Shown here: positions 37,026 to 46,839 of the stretch, one piece after another
Layout: the number at the start of each line of letters is the position of its first letter
How positions within the stretch are numbered: the first letter of the stretch is position 1
Assembly: GCA_016201735.1 (NCBI GenBank)
Contig: JACQCH010000038.1
Span: 19,948-83,947, forward strand
Source: Candidatus Omnitrophota bacterium
GTDB taxonomy: Bacteria > Omnitrophota > Gorgyraeia > 1-14-0-20-64-10
DNA length: 64,000 bases
Direction of reading: 5' to 3'
Position numbers and translations under genes: made by a program
Notes under the pieces: generated by a model
What the model saw: the letters and a program-made list of their open reading frames with translations, nothing else
Databases searched by the model: none
What the model was told of the DNA's origin: nothing

Positions 37026-39109
37026 CAAGTTTCGGGACATGGGGATTCTTCGTCACCGCGTTCATCAGTCTGGGGATGGGTCTGTTTGTTTACGCCAAGA
37101 ACCGGCAGGGGAATATTCACCAGGCTTGGCTGCGGCTTTCCCTGGCCACCTTTCTCTGGTCACTGAGCACCGGCCTGATGGTCCGGGCCTCCAGTTCCCT
37201 TTGGGCCTTTGGATGGGCCCGCATCGCTCAAGCGGCCTTCAGCTTTATTCCGGCCTTCTTCCTTCAGTTCAATCTGGCCCTCTTAAATGTCAACGGCCGA
37301 TACGAAAAGGCCGGTCGCTGGATTCTGCGCCTGGCTTGCGTCTTTGCGGTTCTGGGGATGACTCCCTTGGTGGTCAGCGACCTTCAGACGGAACTGCCGT
37401 TCCAATTTTATCCGGTCGCCGGCCCTTTCTATGGAGTCTTTGCCTCTTGGTTCGTCGGCTCCTTCCTGGTATCCTTCTGGGTTCTGTTAAAGGCCTACCG
37501 GGCCAAGATGGGGGCAAAGCGGAATCAGCTCAAGTACCTGATCCTGGCTTCCATCGTGGGTCTGGGTTCTTTCCTGACCATGTTCCCCTTGGCGTTCCAT
37601 ATCTCGATTCCTCCGATCGGGCAGGGACTGTTGATTTTCTATGCGTTGGTCAGCTACACGATCGTTCGCTGGCGTCTGATGGATGTCTCCATTGTGGTGA
37701 AGAACACCCTGATTTATGCCAGCCTCTACTCGATCCTGGTCGGCTTCTTCGTGGTGGTGGTTGTCTTCTTCGGCCAGTGGTTCTTTTACGGGCCTCAGGC
37801 TCTGGACAAGCGGGTTCTTTGGATGTGCCTGGTTGCTTTAAGCATTGTGACCGGATTGGTTCGTCCTTTGGACGCGTGGCTGACGTGGCTCACCGACCGG
37901 ATCCTCTTTCAGCAGAAATTTGAGTGGCAGCAGACTCTGAAACAGGCCTCCAAGGGGATGACCAAGGTCACCTCCGCGGATCGCCTCTTGAAGCTGATGG
38001 CCCATTTCATCGGGATGCGGGTCCGGGTCACCCACGTGGGGCTACTCCACCGCTCCAGCGACTATTTCACCCTCAAGGTCAGCCGGGGCCGGGACCGGCG
38101 TCCCGTTGGAATCGCCGTTTCGCGTGAGAATCCCCTGGTCTCTTGGCTGGAGGAGAAGAAGGAAGTCTTGACGGCGGATGAGGTCCAGTACTGGCTTCGG
38201 AGCGAGAAATTATTTCCCCACAGGACGGTTTTAAAGCGGACATTGGCGGAGATCAAAATCGAGATGGAGCATCTGGGGGCGGTGGTTTGTATTCCCGCTT
38301 TCAGCAAATCCCAGATGCTGGGTATTCTGGTCCTGGGGGAAAAGCTTTCCGGGGACCCGTACTCCAGAGAGGATCTGGACGTCTTGTCCACCTTGGCGAA
38401 CGAAGGGGCCATCGCTTTGGAGAATGCCAATTTGTATGGAGAGCTCTACCAGCGGATGCATCAGATCGAGGATCTGTACCAGCGGGAGCACAGCCTGTTT
38501 ATTCACACCGCCATCGCGTTGGCCGCCGCCGTCGATGCCCGGGATCCGTACACGCACGGCCACACGGAGCGGTGCACCCAGTACGCGATGACGATCTCGG
38601 ATGAGATGGAGTCCCAGCCGGAGATGTCCCGGATTCCCCGCTTTAAAGAGATGCTCAAGATCGCCGCTCTTCTTCATGACATTGGAAAGATAGGGGTTCC
38701 GGATGAGATCCTCCGGAAGAAAGGGGGATTGACTCCTAAAGAGTCGAAGAAGATGCAGGAGCATCCTTTGGTTGGGGCGATCATCCTGCAGCCGATCAAG
38801 GGAATGGAGGAGGTGGCCAAGGCCGTCAAGGCGCACCAGGAGCAGTACGATGGGAAAGGATATCCGGACAATCTTCGGGGGACGGAGATTCCTCTCATGG
38901 CCAGGATCATCGCCGTGGCCGATACCTTCGACGCGATGACCACCGATCGGCCTTATCGGAAACATTTCCCGGAATCGGTCGCGGTGAAGGAGATTGAAAC
39001 CTGCTCGGGGACTCAGTTCGATCCCGTGGTTGTGCAGGCTTTCCTGCGGGCCTACCAGAAGGGGCGCATCACCCTCCGCCCCGTTGAGGCCGAGAGTATG
39101 TTAGGATAG
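37022..39109 (+). CDS. 7TM sensor-GAF-HD-GYP c-di-GMP phosphodiesterase
   Basis: Seven predicted TM helices, GAF, HD (LLHDIGKIGVP) and HQEQYDGKGYP. Confidence 0.85.
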   Translation: MTSFGTWGFFVTAFISLGMGLFVYAKNRQGNIHQAWLRLSLATFLWSLSTGLMVRASSSLWAFGWARIAQAAFSFIPAFFLQFNLALLNVNGRYEKAGRWILRLACVFAVLGMTPLVVSDLQTELPFQFYPVAGPFYGVFASWFVGSFLVSFWVLLKAYRAKMGAKRNQLKYLILASIVGLGSFLTMFPLAFHISIPPIGQGLLIFYALVSYTIVRWRLMDVSIVVKNTLIYASLYSILVGFFVVVVVFFGQWFFYGPQALDKRVLWMCLVALSIVTGLVRPLDAWLTWLTDRILFQQKFEWQQTLKQASKGMTKVTSADRLLKLMAHFIGMRVRVTHVGLLHRSSDYFTLKVSRGRDRRPVGIAVSRENPLVSWLEEKKEVLTADEVQYWLRSEKLFPHRTVLKRTLAEIKIEMEHLGAVVCIPAFSKSQMLGILVLGEKLSGDPYSREDLDVLSTLANEGAIALENANLYGELYQRMHQIEDLYQREHSLFIHTAIALAAAVDARDPYTHGHTERCTQYAMTISDEMESQPEMSRIPRFKEMLKIAALLHDIGKIGVPDEILRKKGGLTPKESKKMQEHPLVGAIILQPIKGMEEVAKAVKAHQEQYDGKGYPDNLRGTEIPLMARIIAVADTFDAMTTDRPYRKHFPESVAVKEIETCSGTQFDPVVVQAFLRAYQKGRITLRPVEAESMLG

Positions 39110-39110
39110 A

Positions 39111-39494
39111 GTGAAGGCGAAAGGAGTAACGATGTCAATCAAAGAGCGACGGAAATTTATGCGGTTTGTCACAATCCTGCAGGCGGAATACTGGGCGAAG
39201 GGTCCTTCCATGGAAAAGGGTCAGGCGCAGGTGCGTGACTTTTCCCGGGAAGGGATCGGGGTCTTGTTGCCCAATTCAGTCGAGCAGGGCGAGCATGTGG
39301 ATCTTACCCTCAAGGTGCCGGGGGATAACGTTCCGATTTTTGCCACGGGAGAGGTGGCATGGGCAAGAGCCACCCAGGATCAAGCCCAGGTTGGAGCCGG
39401 TCTGCGGCTGCTTTCGATTAAACCACTCGACTTAGCCCGTTTACTGGATTTTGTCTATTCCCGCTGGCTGGGAGGCGTCCGAGAGAGTTTCTAG
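39111..39494 (+). CDS. PilZ domain protein
   Basis: RRKFMRF...DFSREGIGV PilZ c-di-GMP-binding motifs. Confidence 0.8.
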   Translation: MKAKGVTMSIKERRKFMRFVTILQAEYWAKGPSMEKGQAQVRDFSREGIGVLLPNSVEQGEHVDLTLKVPGDNVPIFATGEVAWARATQDQAQVGAGLRLLSIKPLDLARLLDFVYSRWLGGVRESF

Positions 39495-39519
39495 GGGCCC
39501 CTCCCTTTCAACTCTTTCT

Positions 39520-40369
39520 GTTTATCCTCGCGGTCCTTTTCTTCTGGGGAGCGCTGGGTTCGGCGCAGGTTGTCCATCAAGTCCGCTATCTTCCTCCCAC
39601 AACTCCCTCCGATTACGGCCTTTCCTGGGAACCGATTGAACTAACCACCCGAGACCAGGTTGCGATTGCTGGGTGGCTCATCCGGCATCCGAACCCAAGG
39701 GGGCTTCTCATCCTCCTGCATGGTTTTGGAACCTGCAAGGCGGATCTTCTGGACATTGTCCAGGCCTTTGCCCGTCACGGATCTTATTCTCTTCTGCTGA
39801 TTGATTTCCGTGGACATGGGGCTTCCGGAGGGAGGACCGTCTCGTTTGGCCATCGGGAAATCTGGGACATCGAAGCGGCCTTGGGCTTTGCCTCAAGCGA
39901 TCCGACTTTGAAAGGGATTCCAGTTGTCTGTTTTGGGATCTCCATGGGGGGGTCGATCGGGTTGTTGGCCGCCACCCGGTTCCCCCGGATCAAGGCGGTG
40001 ATCAGCGACTGCGCCTATGCCGATTTGGGCAAGGCCATTGCCAGGGCCGTCTGGATGTCCTATCATATTCCTCGGATTCCGTTGGGTCAGATCGTGATCT
40101 GGGGAACGCAGGTCCGCCTCCGGTGCCGGGCGCGGTCCCTGAGTCCCTCTCAATCGGTTGGGAAGATAGCGCCGCGTGGGGTGTTGATCATTCACGGCAT
40201 GGAAGATAAATCCGTCCCTCCAGAATCCGCGCAGGCCCTTTTTGAAGCTGCCGGTCAGCCGAAAGATCTCTGGCTGGTTCCTGAAGCGGAGCACGTGGCC
40301 TGTTTCTATCGGGACAGGGAACAGTATCTGAAAAGGGTTTTCGGGTTTCTCGACGATGTCCTCTCTTGA
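39520..40369 (+). CDS. Alpha/beta hydrolase (signal peptide; start codon unclear)
   Basis: LLHGFG...nucleophile elbow GISMGGS...His near C-terminus; frame open from PilZ stop; first canonical start is TTG 39881, which would truncate the fold, so a non-canonical start (e.g. CTG ~39520) or a sequence error is implied. Confidence 0.65.
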
Positions 40370-40730
40370 TCGGCGCAAATACCCCCGCATCTCCGAGTCT
40401 ATTCCTTGCCAGATCGCCGTCGGCTCCTCCTCTTTTGTCGCTGAAACGAAGAATCTAAGCTGCGGCGGGGCATCGTGCCAGCTTCCTCAGCCGTTGCCTC
40501 TGATGACGAAATTGGAAGTTATCTTGAACCTCCCTCCCTCCGAGAGTTCTTCGAGCCGCCCCATTCGTATCCTGGGGGTTGTTGTTCGCCAGGAACCGGC
40601 GTCTGTATCGGGAGGGTCGGCCTCTTACCTGACAGCGATCTACTTTTCAGAAATCCAGTTGGAGGATCGGCGGCGGATCGCCGAGTTTGTTCTGCAGAGC
40701 ATGCTCTCCCATGATCGTCGGCGTTCCTAA
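40356..40730 (+). CDS. PilZ-like domain protein
   Basis: RRKYPRI...NLSCGGASC PilZ-like motifs. Confidence 0.6.
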   Translation: MSSLDRRKYPRISESIPCQIAVGSSSFVAETKNLSCGGASCQLPQPLPLMTKLEVILNLPPSESSSSRPIRILGVVVRQEPASVSGGSASYLTAIYFSEIQLEDRRRIAEFVLQSMLSHDRRRS

Positions 40731-41823
40731 GGAAATAAAGGAAGACGAGTACCGGGTGGCGCTGGTTCCCTCCGGGACGGCCGCGCTGCGCCGGGACGGG
40801 CATACGGTGTTGGTCCAGTCCGGGGCGGGGATCGGTTCCAATATCTCGGATCGGGAGTACGCCCAGGCGGGCGCCGAAATCGTTGAGTCGACGAAGGAGG
40901 TTTACCGGCGCTCGCAGCTGATCCTCAAGGTCAAAGAGCCGCTTGCCCAGGAGTACGCTCTGCTCAAACCCCATCAGATGGTTTTTACCTTTTTCCATTT
41001 CGCCGCGAACAAAAAACTGGCCCAGGCGATGCTGAAGCAAAAAGCGACCTGCATCGCCTACGAGACGGTGGAGGATGCCAAAGGTCATCTCCCGATTCTG
41101 ATCCCGATGAGTGAGGTGGCGGGCCGGATGGCGGTCCAAGAGGGAGCGAAATATCTGGAGAGGCCGATGAAAGGGAAGGGGATCCTGTTGGGAGGAATCC
41201 CCGGTGTCGCTCCCGCCAACATCCTTGTTCTGGGGGGCGGGATCGTCGGTTCCAACGCGGCCAAGGTCGCGGCCGGGTTTGGGGGGGAGGTGACCGTCAT
41301 GGATGTGGACTTAAATCGCCTCCGGTACTTGGAAGACATCATGCCCAGGAACGTTTCGTTCCTGATGTCCAACGAACACAACATCGCGGAACGGATCCTG
41401 CAGGCGGATCTGGTTTTTTGCTGCGCCCTGCTCCGGGGGGCCCGGTCACCGATCTTGATTCCCCGTTGGATGCTCAAGAAAATGAAACCCCGGTCCGTCA
41501 TCGTCGATGTGGCGATCGACCAGGGGGGCTGCGCCGAAACCTCGCGGCCCACCACCCATGCCGCGCCGGTCTTCCTGGAGGAGTCAATCGTTCATTACTG
41601 CGTCACTAACATTCCGGGGGCGGTGCCGATCACCTCCACGCATGGGCTGACCAACGCAACCCTCCCGTTCGCGCTGGAGATCGCCAACCGGGGACTGGCC
41701 CGGGCCTTAAAAGAGGATCCGGCCCTGGCGTTGGGGGTCAATATCATGAATGGAAAGGTGATCTACCCCTCTCTGGCTCAAGCGCTCAACCAGCCCCACA
41801 CCCCGCTTCGCCGCGTCCTCTGA
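40711..41823 (+). CDS. ald: Alanine dehydrogenase
   Basis: MIVGVPKEIKEDEYRVALVP...VLGGGIVGSNAAKVA Rossmann; full length. Confidence 0.9.
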   Translation: MIVGVPKEIKEDEYRVALVPSGTAALRRDGHTVLVQSGAGIGSNISDREYAQAGAEIVESTKEVYRRSQLILKVKEPLAQEYALLKPHQMVFTFFHFAANKKLAQAMLKQKATCIAYETVEDAKGHLPILIPMSEVAGRMAVQEGAKYLERPMKGKGILLGGIPGVAPANILVLGGGIVGSNAAKVAAGFGGEVTVMDVDLNRLRYLEDIMPRNVSFLMSNEHNIAERILQADLVFCCALLRGARSPILIPRWMLKKMKPRSVIVDVAIDQGGCAETSRPTTHAAPVFLEESIVHYCVTNIPGAVPITSTHGLTNATLPFALEIANRGLARALKEDPALALGVNIMNGKVIYPSLAQALNQPHTPLRRVL

Positions 41824-41833
41824 TAGGTTTTCG

Positions 41834-42613
41834 ATGTTCGTCACTCTCCTAACGGATTTCGGTCTTGAGGACGAATACGTCGGAGTGATGAAGGGGGTGA
41901 TTTTGGGAATCAATCCTTCCGCCACCCTCGTCGATCTCTCTCATCAGGTCCCGCCGGGGGATGTCCGGAAAGCCGGCTGGCTGTTGGCCTGGAGCTGGCC
42001 CTATTTCCCGAAGGGAACGGTTCACCTGGTCGTTGTGGATCCTGGAGTTGGATCCTCCCGGCGGATCCTTTGCCTGGGCCACAGAGGGCACACCTTCCTT
42101 GCTCCGGACAACGGGGTGCTCACTCCTTTACTGGCGGCAATCCGACGGCCCGCGATTTATTCGGTGGAGAACCGGCGTTACGCCCTGGGGAAGATCAGCG
42201 ATACCTTTCACGGGCGGGACATCTTCGCTCCTGCCGCCGGATATTTGTCCAAGGGCTTGTCGGCCTCCCGCCTGGGCCCGAGGGTGAAGGCCTTCAAGGT
42301 GATTCCGATGAGAGGGATCAAGCAGGGCTCCGGTTTTCTGGAGGGGCGGGTGATCGGTTTCGACCGGTTTGGAAACGCGGTGACGAATTTGCCCGCGGAT
42401 AAGATTCAGCGCTTGTTGGCCCGAGGGAAGATCAAGATCCGTATCGGGAGGCATCTCTTGAAAAATATTCATCGCTCCTACGAGGCGGTCGCCCCCGGGA
42501 CTGCCCTTGCGGTGATCGGGAGTCACGACCTGTTGGAGATCGCGGTCTATCGAGGGTCGGCAAAGCGGCGACTCCATTTGACGGAGGGGGAGTCGGTGAG
42601 GGTTGCCGGATGA
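41834..42613 (+). CDS. SAM hydroxide adenosyltransferase family (DUF62/fluorinase-like)
   Basis: LLTDFGLEDEYVGVMKGVI...VVDPGVGS signature. Confidence 0.8.
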   Translation: MFVTLLTDFGLEDEYVGVMKGVILGINPSATLVDLSHQVPPGDVRKAGWLLAWSWPYFPKGTVHLVVVDPGVGSSRRILCLGHRGHTFLAPDNGVLTPLLAAIRRPAIYSVENRRYALGKISDTFHGRDIFAPAAGYLSKGLSASRLGPRVKAFKVIPMRGIKQGSGFLEGRVIGFDRFGNAVTNLPADKIQRLLARGKIKIRIGRHLLKNIHRSYEAVAPGTALAVIGSHDLLEIAVYRGSAKRRLHLTEGESVRVAG

Positions 42614-43041
42614 AGTTTAAGCGGCAGTTCTCGTCCGGAGGAATTGTTTTTCGGAAAACCGGCGCGGGGCTCCGGGTGGCTTTGATCTCCCGCGAGGGAG
42701 GAAAGATCTGGTGTTTGCCCAAAGGGTTGATTGAGAAAGGGGAATCGGTTCAGGAGACGGCGCTGAGAGAGGTCCGGGAGGAGACCGGTTTGATCGGGAA
42801 GATCGTCCGAAAGCTGGGGGATGTGAGCTACTGGTATGTCTCCGATGAGGAAGGAACGAAGTTCTTCAAGAAGGTCTCTTTTTTCCTCCTTAAGCATCAG
42901 GGAGGGAATACCCGTCACCATGATTTTGAGGTGGATGAAGTGGCCTGGATGCCGGTGGAGAAGGCCCTCCGGAAACTGACCTATGAGAGTGAGCGGAGAT
43001 TGATGTTGCGGGCCAAGAGGTTGGTTGGAGGGGCGGGGTGA
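42610..43041 (+). CDS. NUDIX hydrolase
   Basis: Nudix box GLIEKGESVQETALREVREETG; last 4 codons plus stop are a solo element end (GGAGGGGCGGGGTGA). Confidence 0.8.
   Translation: MKFKRQFSSGGIVFRKTGAGLRVALISREGGKIWCLPKGLIEKGESVQETALREVREETGLIGKIVRKLGDVSYWYVSDEEGTKFFKKVSFFLLKHQGGNTRHHDFEVDEVAWMPVEKALRKLTYESERRLMLRAKRLVGGAG
43027..43041. repeat. Solo right end of the TGA-flanked element (GGAGGGGCGGGG+TGA) embedded in the NUDIX 3' end / polX start
   Basis: Exact 15-mer match to the right termini of copies 1, 3, 4; provides SD GGAGG, GTG start of polX (43038) and TGA stop of NUDIX (43039-43041); no left end found upstream. Confidence 0.55.
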
Positions 43042-44765
43042 AGCAGATTGAAGCGGCCGATGCCTTCGATCAAATCGCGGATTTTCTGGAGTTAAAAGGA
43101 GATAACCCTTTCCGGATCCGGGCCTACCGCCGGGCCGCCCTGAATTTGCGGAATCTGACGGAGGATCTGGAGGGGCTGATAAAGAGCGGCTCCTTGGAAA
43201 CAATCCCCGGTGTAGGGAAGGATCTGGCCGCCAAGATTCAGGAGATCGTTTCAACGGGCCGTCTGAAGTTTCTGGAGAATCTCAAGAAGGAGATCCCGGA
43301 AAGTCTCTCGAGTTTGATGACAATTCCTGGGATCGGCCCAAAGACTGCCAAGCGAGTGTACGACCGGTTCAAGGTGAAGTCGATTCAGCACCTGGAGGAT
43401 CTGGTCAAGGCGGGGAAGTTGCGCTCCCTGCCCGGCTTCCAGGAGAAGAAAGAGCAGAATATTCTCCGGGGCATCCAACTGTTGAAGGCCGGGCAGGAGC
43501 GGATGCTTCTGGGGGTCGCGATGGCCTTGGCGGGTCAGTTCATTAAGCCGCTCAAGGGGATGCCGGAAGTCCAGCGGGTTTCCGTGGCGGGATCTCTACG
43601 CCGTTGCTGTGAAACGATCGGGGACCTGGATATTCTGGTTACCTCCAAGAAGCCCGCGAAGGTGATGGACCGGTTCGTCTCCCTTCCTCTCGTTGCCCAG
43701 GTGCAGGCACATGGGGAGACCAAGTCCAGCATCCGGACGGCGCAGGGGGTGCAGGTGGATCTGCGGGTTGTGGAACCGGATGCTTTTGGAGCGGCGCTGG
43801 TTTATTTCACCGGTTCTAAAGCGCACAACATTCGAATCCGATCTCTGGCCAATCGGCTGGGACTGACGATCAATGAATACGGGGTCTTCAAGCTGAAGGG
43901 CGGACGGAAGGTCGCCGGCAGGGAAGAGGAGGATGTTTATAAGACCTTGGGACTTCCTTGGATTCCTCCCGAATTGCGGGAGGACCTCGGTGAACTGGAG
44001 GCGGCTGCGAAGGGCCGGCTGCCCCGTTTGGTAGAGATGAAGGATCTTAAAGGGGATTTTCATATCCATTCCGATTGGTCGGACGGGCACCACCCGATCG
44101 AGGATCTGGCCCGGGCCGCCAAGGCGAAGGGATACCGGTACATGCTTCTGTCCGATCATTCCAAATCCCTTCGGGTGGCCGGGGGCCTGACCGAGTCGGA
44201 GCTGTTGGAACAGATGCGGGAGGTTCAGAAACTGAACCGGCGTTTTCAGTCCTTTCGGATCCTGATGGGGGCGGAGGTGGATATCCTTCCGGACGGCCGG
44301 ATGGATTATTCAGATTCTCTTTTAGCGAAGCTGGATTTGGTGATTGCCGCGGTCCATTCGGCCTTTAAACAGCCGAAGGAGGCGATGACCCGCCGTGTGA
44401 TCCAGGCGTTGACCAATCGATACGTGACGATCCTGGCGCACCCCACGGCCCGCCTGATTGGTGAGCGGGAGCCAATCCAACTGGATATGGAGGAGGTCTG
44501 CAAGGTTGCTTCCCGGACTGGAACGGCTCTTGAAATCAACTGCTACACCCAGCGGCTGGACCTCAACGATGCCCATGCCAGGCAGGCAAAGGAATTGGGC
44601 GCCAAGCTGGTTCTCTCTACGGATACCCATTCGTTGGATCAACTCAACGCAATCGGGTTGGGCCTTGCCATGGCAAGGCGGGCTTGGGTTGAACCGAAGG
44701 GCCTTTTGAACACTCTGGGGCTGGACGATCTTCTGGCCTGGGTTTCAAAAAAACGGAATAAATAA
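43038..44765 (+). CDS. polX: DNA polymerase X family with PHP domain
   Basis: HhH motifs, Pol-beta nucleotidyltransferase (GSLRRCCETIGDLDILV), C-terminal PHP (HIHSDWSDG). Confidence 0.9.
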   Translation: MKQIEAADAFDQIADFLELKGDNPFRIRAYRRAALNLRNLTEDLEGLIKSGSLETIPGVGKDLAAKIQEIVSTGRLKFLENLKKEIPESLSSLMTIPGIGPKTAKRVYDRFKVKSIQHLEDLVKAGKLRSLPGFQEKKEQNILRGIQLLKAGQERMLLGVAMALAGQFIKPLKGMPEVQRVSVAGSLRRCCETIGDLDILVTSKKPAKVMDRFVSLPLVAQVQAHGETKSSIRTAQGVQVDLRVVEPDAFGAALVYFTGSKAHNIRIRSLANRLGLTINEYGVFKLKGGRKVAGREEEDVYKTLGLPWIPPELREDLGELEAAAKGRLPRLVEMKDLKGDFHIHSDWSDGHHPIEDLARAAKAKGYRYMLLSDHSKSLRVAGGLTESELLEQMREVQKLNRRFQSFRILMGAEVDILPDGRMDYSDSLLAKLDLVIAAVHSAFKQPKEAMTRRVIQALTNRYVTILAHPTARLIGEREPIQLDMEEVCKVASRTGTALEINCYTQRLDLNDAHARQAKELGAKLVLSTDTHSLDQLNAIGLGLAMARRAWVEPKGLLNTLGLDDLLAWVSKKRNK

Positions 44766-44780
44766 AGGAAAGGAATCTCG

Positions 44781-45476
44781 TTGAAACCCTCCGCACCCTA
44801 TCTCCGAAGGACGTTGACAAGGATCTATGAAAAGCTCCTTGTCCGATTCGGCCGCCAGCATTGGTGGCCGGGGGAGACCCCTTTTGAGGTGATGGTTGGG
44901 GCGATCCTCACCCAAAATACCGCTTGGAGAAACGCCTCCATCGCCATTGAACGATTGAAGAAGGCCGATCTTCTGAATTCGGCTCGGCTGGACCGGGTGC
45001 CAAAAAGTCGGCTGGCTAAGCTGATCCGTTCATCCGGATATTTCAATCAGAAAGCCAAACGGCTGAAATCCTTTGTCCGGTATTTCCAGAAGAGATATGG
45101 AGGATCTGTTCCTCAAATGAGGCGGATTCCGTTGGATCCCCTTCGGAAAGAACTGTTGAGTTTACCGGGAATCGGCCCCGAAACAGCCGACAGCATTCTC
45201 CTCTACTCTCTGGGAAAGCCGATCTTCGTTGTGGATGCCTATACCCGCCGAATCCTTGCCCGTCACAGCCTGATTTCCTGGGAGGCTTCCTACGAGGAGA
45301 TTCAGGCTCTTTTTCAGCGGAATCTGCTCACCTGGTCCCCTCTTTTCAATGAATACCATGCCCTCTTGGTGGCGTTAGGGAAAGAGCTGTGCCGGACTCA
45401 CCCGGAATGTCATCTTTGTCCCCTCCGCTCCATCGGAAAACTCCGCCTGGAAACCAGTCCGGCCCCTATAGCGTAA
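44781..45476 (+). CDS. Endonuclease III-like HhH-GPD family protein
   Basis: VMVGAILTQNTAW...LPGIGPETADSILLY HhH-GPD. Confidence 0.8.
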   Translation: MKPSAPYLRRTLTRIYEKLLVRFGRQHWWPGETPFEVMVGAILTQNTAWRNASIAIERLKKADLLNSARLDRVPKSRLAKLIRSSGYFNQKAKRLKSFVRYFQKRYGGSVPQMRRIPLDPLRKELLSLPGIGPETADSILLYSLGKPIFVVDAYTRRILARHSLISWEASYEEIQALFQRNLLTWSPLFNEYHALLVALGKELCRTHPECHLCPLRSIGKLRLETSPAPIA

Positions 45477-45783
45477 CCCATTTTTACACAATGGGTTATT
45501 GATATTATTGTAACCCAATATAGATAAATAGGTTAACTCTAGACGGGATAGGGCAGGGGGCTGTTCTGTGTCCGGGAGATTAAATTTAAATTTGTTACCC
45601 CTATTTCTACATAGAGTTACAGCTACTTCCCTTGAATTATGGGCTAAGGGAAGGTATACTTGGATTAGAAGGAAGGAAAAGAGAACCCTCATTCTACTTT
45701 GGCAGTTTTAGGTGGATTGAGGGTTTTCGGGTGTTTAGAAGGACAGTGGCCGGCCAAAAGTCACTGCTCTGGAAAGGAGGTGA

Positions 45784-45939
45784 ATGACAATGAAAGGGGA
45801 GCATGCTGATTTACTGACTGGGATCCTGATTGGTGCCGTCATCGGTGGAATGTACGCGACGCAGCTAGCGACGTATGTTCCGCTATTGGTGGTGATCCTA
45901 GGAGTCGTATTTGGGTTGAAATTCCTAGGACTCCGGTAA
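45784..45939 (+). CDS. Putative small membrane protein (51 aa; below ORF-track cutoff)
   Basis: Strong SD GGAAAGGAGGTG 5 nt upstream of ATG; two predicted TM helices; my own reading, not in ORF track. Confidence 0.4.
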   Translation: MTMKGEHADLLTGILIGAVIGGMYATQLATYVPLLVVILGVVFGLKFLGLR

Positions 45940-46028
45940 GAGTTACCGGTTCCTATCAGAGAACCCACCAGCCCTCCGTCATTTGTGGATGACGGGGGGC
46001 TGTTTTTTTGTTACAATGTTTCACAGCC

Positions 46029-46628
46029 ATGGATTCATCCAATAATCCTAATCGGTTTAAAGTTGCAGGGATCGGGTTGCTTTTGTTGTTCGTCTGTTTC
46101 GCCGGGCGTGCCGAGGCATCTTCCCATTTTCAGGAGAAACGATGGGAACTGCGCGCAGGGTACGGCTATCAGTACACCAACGAATCCCGGCCGAACAATT
46201 TTCAGATTCTCTCTTTGCTGCTTTCTTTATCGGTTCCCTTGACCGATCCGATCGGTTCCTCTTTCTATCGAGGCCGGTGGGAATGGATGCCGGAGCTTCA
46301 TTTGGGTTTGTTCACCCACCCTTATGTCCGGCCGTTATTCGGGATCACGCCTCTTCAGTTCAGCTACAGTTTGGAGCCCTGGGGGCGTTTTTCACCCTAC
46401 GTGTTTGTGGGGGCGGGGGTTCTGCGGGCGTACATCAACCGTCGGGAAACTGGCAGCCGCATCAACTTCAACCCGCAAGGCGGAGTGGGGACCCGTTTCC
46501 GGTTGACGGATAAGATGTCTCTGATCTTGGAATACCGCCACGTCCACATGTCCAACGCCGGTATCGATGATGATAATTCGGGTATAGACACCCATAACTT
46601 TCTGGCTGGAATCTCGCTGAAAGAGTAA
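46029..46628 (+). CDS. Lipid A deacylase PagL-like / acyloxyacyl hydrolase outer-membrane beta-barrel
   Basis: Signal peptide; alternating beta-strand pattern; C-terminal H...N...S.G motif (HVHMSNAG) as in PagL family. Confidence 0.65.
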   Translation: MDSSNNPNRFKVAGIGLLLLFVCFAGRAEASSHFQEKRWELRAGYGYQYTNESRPNNFQILSLLLSLSVPLTDPIGSSFYRGRWEWMPELHLGLFTHPYVRPLFGITPLQFSYSLEPWGRFSPYVFVGAGVLRAYINRRETGSRINFNPQGGVGTRFRLTDKMSLILEYRHVHMSNAGIDDDNSGIDTHNFLAGISLKE

Positions 46629-46839
46629 AACGATGATGGTTCCGTGGTTTAACTTCGACCTCAACCGACCGATGGCTTATGGGATTGCCATCGGTTTGGT
46701 CTTGGCAGCTTTTCTCCGAACAGTCGTCCTTCACGGTTAATTATAACGGGCAGGAACGTCCCACCTCTTTTCGCGCCCAGTTTCTAAAGGCATATATATT
46801 AACATAAGATACATTATCGGACATTACTTGGGAGAAAGC

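Noticed and set aside
45735-45968. ORF 45735-45968 minus (77 aa) and 45375-45692 minus (105 aa) in the AT-rich intergenic region
   Set aside because: They have no RBS and low-complexity products. A plus-strand SD-preceded small membrane ORF fits better.
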